This document shows, piece after piece, positions 19,497 through 22,903 of a stretch of 22,903 bases of DNA; the first letter of the stretch is position 1, and each line of letters opens with the position of its first letter. The stretch covers positions 1 through 22,903 of the forward strand of contig CAVSHT010000016.1 in NCBI GenBank assembly GCA_963727895.1. Reading direction: 5' to 3'. The notes under the pieces are model-generated. The model did not search any database, was not told where the DNA came from, and saw only the letters and a program-made list of their open reading frames with translations. Origin of the DNA: an uncultured Methanosarcinaceae archaeon. GTDB lineage: Archaea; Halobacteriota; Methanosarcinia; Methanosarcinales; Methanosarcinaceae. The position numbers and the translations under genes are program-made.

Positions 19497-20226
19497 AAAA
19501 ATCTCTTCTTTGAAATTTTCCTTACTTTCACTTGTCTCATTAAAAATACATGTTGGATTATTGACAGATAGGTATTTTTAGTATATTTTAAAAAAACTAT
19601 ATCTTGAATGGTAAAAGTGTATTTTTTTAATTCATTCAAAAGCAAGCTAAATTCTGTACTAAAATAATAGTTTTTTTGGAAAATATACTTGATTTTTCCT
19701 ATTAAAACTTAGTAAATAAACCTTCAAAAAAATAAAAATTGAATATATTAATTAATTTATAACTTAATAAATAATAACTTTATAATAATTTCATTTGTAA
19801 TAATAATTAAATTTATAAAAAGTTGGACAAATCTGAAAGAAAGTAATATATAATCAAAGACACTTTTAATAATTTTGAATAACTATGGTATAGTATTAAA
19901 ACAGAATATAATTTGTAACTATTGACCTATATAATAGAACATCAATAGCCATCATTACTAATATTCAACAAACAAATTTCTGTAAATTGATTTTATTTAA
20001 CTGTTGGCGATTGATTTCGTTTATTCATCTTTTATAGGTTAATTCTCAGAGTTCTCGTTTCCACTAAAATCAATATCATCAGACATTTTTTGATAGGCTG
20101 AATAGTTACTATAATTTTTAGATGGATCTAGTATTTAGTTTCTAAAATATCTCTAGATTCTATGATTTCCATGAATTTTTCGATTTCATAAACAATTAAG
20201 TTAAAATTACTAATTTTAATACATTA

Positions 20227-20766
20227 TCAATTCTTGGATAAGTTTTTAATACCCATTCCAATAGCTTCAAAGAGTTTTTCTGGGTTTTGGGATCCAATCA
20301 TTAGTTTTTTCACTTTTATCCCATCCAAATATTTAATCGTACTTGCTCTTGTTACCTGAAGTAGTATAGGCTTTTCCCTTTGCTCTATAACGTACTCCCC
20401 CAACCTCCATAATGTCTTATAGGATTATAGTTGGATTTCGTAATTTTGAATGATTTTCAAAAGGAAAGGTTTTGAAAGCGAGATGAAAAGGGTAAAAGCG
20501 AACATATAGTCCATTTTTCCTTACTTCAGTAACCAGTTTTATGGAATAAAATAAAAGAGGGAAAAGAATTCCAAATATCAAAAATAAAATAAACGTTATC
20601 CAATAAAGGGGATTAGTCCCTACATGTTTGCCGAGAAATAGTTGCTGATAAGCCTTGTACCATGATAAGAATGACGCGGATCTTGAAACAATTATCCAGA
20701 TCCATGTCTGATTCATTTTTTGAACTTCTCTTGAACTGGAGAACTCCTTTTCTCTGTATCTTCCAT
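20227..20766 (-). CDS. DUF6141-like membrane protein, several frameshifts
   Basis: REVQKMNQTW, LVTEVRKNGLYVRFYPF, YGGWGVRY and LMIGSQNPEKLFEAI, read across frames. Confidence 0.7.
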
Positions 20767-20928
20767 TTTTCTTATATGTAACACTCCATATTTACCAGTC
20801 CTAAATATTGTATAAAAGATATCACTTATCTGGTAAAAAGTTTTGACAAAAAATTAATTTTAATGGAAACAATGATAAATCTTCTGAAAATTAAAAAAGT
20901 AATTTAAATAAGAGCGTTTTTAATAATC

Positions 20929-21288
20929 TTAATAACCTAATTTCTCCATCTCTTTAAGTATTACTGCACTGAAATCCGTGAAGTACTGGATTCCCCCTGT
21001 CCAGGCCGCGAGCATCATGGCGTCATTGATCTCCGTTCTTGTAGCTCCGAATTTATGAAGTCTTTCAAGGATTTTAACCGCGCTCTGTGTGTTGTTGCTT
21101 GAGCAGGCTATAGCAAAGACCATTAGATGCTTATGTTTCATAGAAAGTCCGCCTTCCCTTTCCTCCCAGACGGCTTTATAAAGGCCTGCTAAACCTTCGG
21201 CAAACTCTTCGTTCATCTGTCCGGCATACGCAATAGATCTGGGCAAAAAACCCTTTATTTCTTTGATTTCTTTAGCAGCTTTCTCCAT
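20929..21288 (-). CDS. Carboxymuconolactone decarboxylase / AhpD-like family protein
   Basis: LSMKHKHLMVFAIA and GATRTEINDAMMLAAWTGG match the CMD fold pattern. Confidence 0.8.
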   Translation of the reverse strand: MEKAAKEIKEIKGFLPRSIAYAGQMNEEFAEGLAGLYKAVWEEREGGLSMKHKHLMVFAIACSSNNTQSAVKILERLHKFGATRTEINDAMMLAAWTGGIQYFTDFSAVILKEMEKLGY

Positions 21289-21575
21289 AATTATCATAGG
21301 TCATAAGTCTGGATTGGATATAATTGTATCTTATTACAAAATTGGCTATTTCTAAAGATTAATTTTATGTAAATTATTTTTCTGATTCCTTTTGTTGGAA
21401 ATCTAAGACTTCTTTTTTTCCTAAGGTCAATAAGAAAACTTAACTTTACCACTAGAGATTTATTCCCATGTATCAGAAATTTTAAAAATATAGTAACTAT
21501 ATATGTGGATCAAAATGTGCGATTAAAAAATAGTTTGCTGTATAAGCAATTTAAAACGCTACAGGAAGACCTTCC

Positions 21576-22805
21576 GTGATTAAATCTATACTTGATAACA
21601 GATCTTTCTTACAAATTCACCATGCAACTTGCAGTACTAGAACTTTTTCCTAAAACTGAAGCTGAGTATCGGTTTACAAACCGTGGCTCTCAGCGCTTTC
21701 TGCTACAAGTTGTAGAAGAACTGAAGAGGATCATAGAAGAAGAGATCTCAAAACTAGCCTTAACAGAAGAATACAACTGGCTTTCCGATAACTGCTCTTA
21801 CCTGAAACCCAGGTGTATCTTGAATATCTTAAGAATTACCGTTTCAAACCAGGTGAAGTAAAAATTTGCCTTACTGAAGAAAAAGACCTGGATATTCGAA
21901 TAAAAGGGTTATAGGCATAGTACTATTTTATGGGAAATTGTCATTATGGCCGTAGTTTCCGAACTCTATTTCGCAACTATTGAAAATGAGTGGAAAGGAA
22001 ATACTCAAAATGGATGTACTCGGAATCTGTACTGGCTGATTATGAAAACAAGATCCTTGAAATAGGAAAAGCTCTTGAAGAAAATAACTGTTTTTTTTCG
22101 GAATTTGGATTTCGCAGGAGAAGAAGTTTTCGAACTCCATGATCGTGTGGTGGAAGGACGCCTAACCAACAATAAAGACTCTTAGTGGAACTCAATTAAT
22201 TTCATATTTTTGAAAAAAATACGGTGTAAAACCTGAATCGGAACATTTGGACATGAATGGATTATGGGCACTTCGGCTCTTGTTGGTTTAAGATATGCAA
22301 ACCGTTTCACTTTTGACAACTGGGTTGAAGTCTATAATGGGGATCTGGGAATTGCTCTTACAGACACATTTGGCTCTAAAGCCTTTTTTAAGGACATGGA
22401 TCTGAAGTTATCAAAAATTTATGATGGATTTCAGCACGATAGTGGAGACCCTTATGACCTTGTCAGATTCTGTTGATAGAGCACTACCGAAAAATGGAGT
22501 ATTGAAATCGCCAATGAAAAAGTCGAGAATCGTTTTCAGTGACGCCCTCGAATATGCAGATTACCGCGATTCGGGCTCAAAAAGTACTGCGAAGGTAAAA
22601 TCGATCTGCAGTTTCGGCATCGGCACAAGCCTGACGAACAACTCCGACTTCTTCCGGGAAAGTCCGCCTCTTAATATGGTCATAAAACTGCATATCGAAG
22701 GTATTCCTGTTTGTAAAATTAAGTGATTCACAGGAAAAAGAAACACAGAAAAGATGCGATCAATTCAGAACTATATTTTGGAAGAAAAAAGAACTTGATG
22801 AGTAA
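21576..22805 (+). CDS. pncB: Nicotinate phosphoribosyltransferase, heavily indel-ridden
   Basis: Fragments [75 protein letters not shown] and VKLSDS. Confidence 0.9.
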
Positions 22806-22903
22806 TTATGAAATAAAAAACACAGGCTTAATTGAAATTAAAATAACATATTAAACCTTCAACTACCTAAAGTACGATTCACAATTCTAATTACTTGATT
22901 TTT

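Noticed and set aside
4567..19571. Numerous antisense or overlapping short ORFs in the track (e.g. 4567, 5951, 6428, 8918, 10844, 17073, 18813, 19350)
   Set aside because: They overlap well-supported genes and have no recognisable motifs.
19570..20226. Hidden gene or element in the very AT-rich spacer
   Set aside because: Only very short ORFs. I could not find repeats or IS ends by eye.

Overview
AT-rich archaeal DNA, most likely Methanosarcina, judged from gene set, signal-peptide style and IS ends. (1) 1-4300 is an accessory patch: a metallophosphoesterase and a UPF0104/LPG-synthase-TM (flippase-like) gene sit among about eight IS-end scars, including a MITE and an internally deleted IS6. 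They are followed by an Asn/His/Gly/Tyr-rich secreted microprotein and a 58-aa Cys-rich ORF missing from the ORF track. (2) 4329-14068 is a divergent cluster of two paralogous SAM methyltransferases, a NikA/DppA-family ABC importer (D, F, A, MTase, B, C) and an MFS transporter. An intact 857-bp IS6 with an 8-bp target duplication interrupts the MFS gene in its central loop. (3) 14070-14800 is a convergent intergenic region with two GC-rich structured RNA candidates. (4) 14807-22805 is core-like: FGE-domain protein, xth, Taw2/TYW2, a membrane protein plus truncated paralog, two DUF6141-like paralogs, a CMD/AhpD protein and pncB. Many genes, including housekeeping ones, carry single-base indels that worsen toward the right end. 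This most likely reflects an unpolished long-read assembly, so pseudogene status is uncertain.
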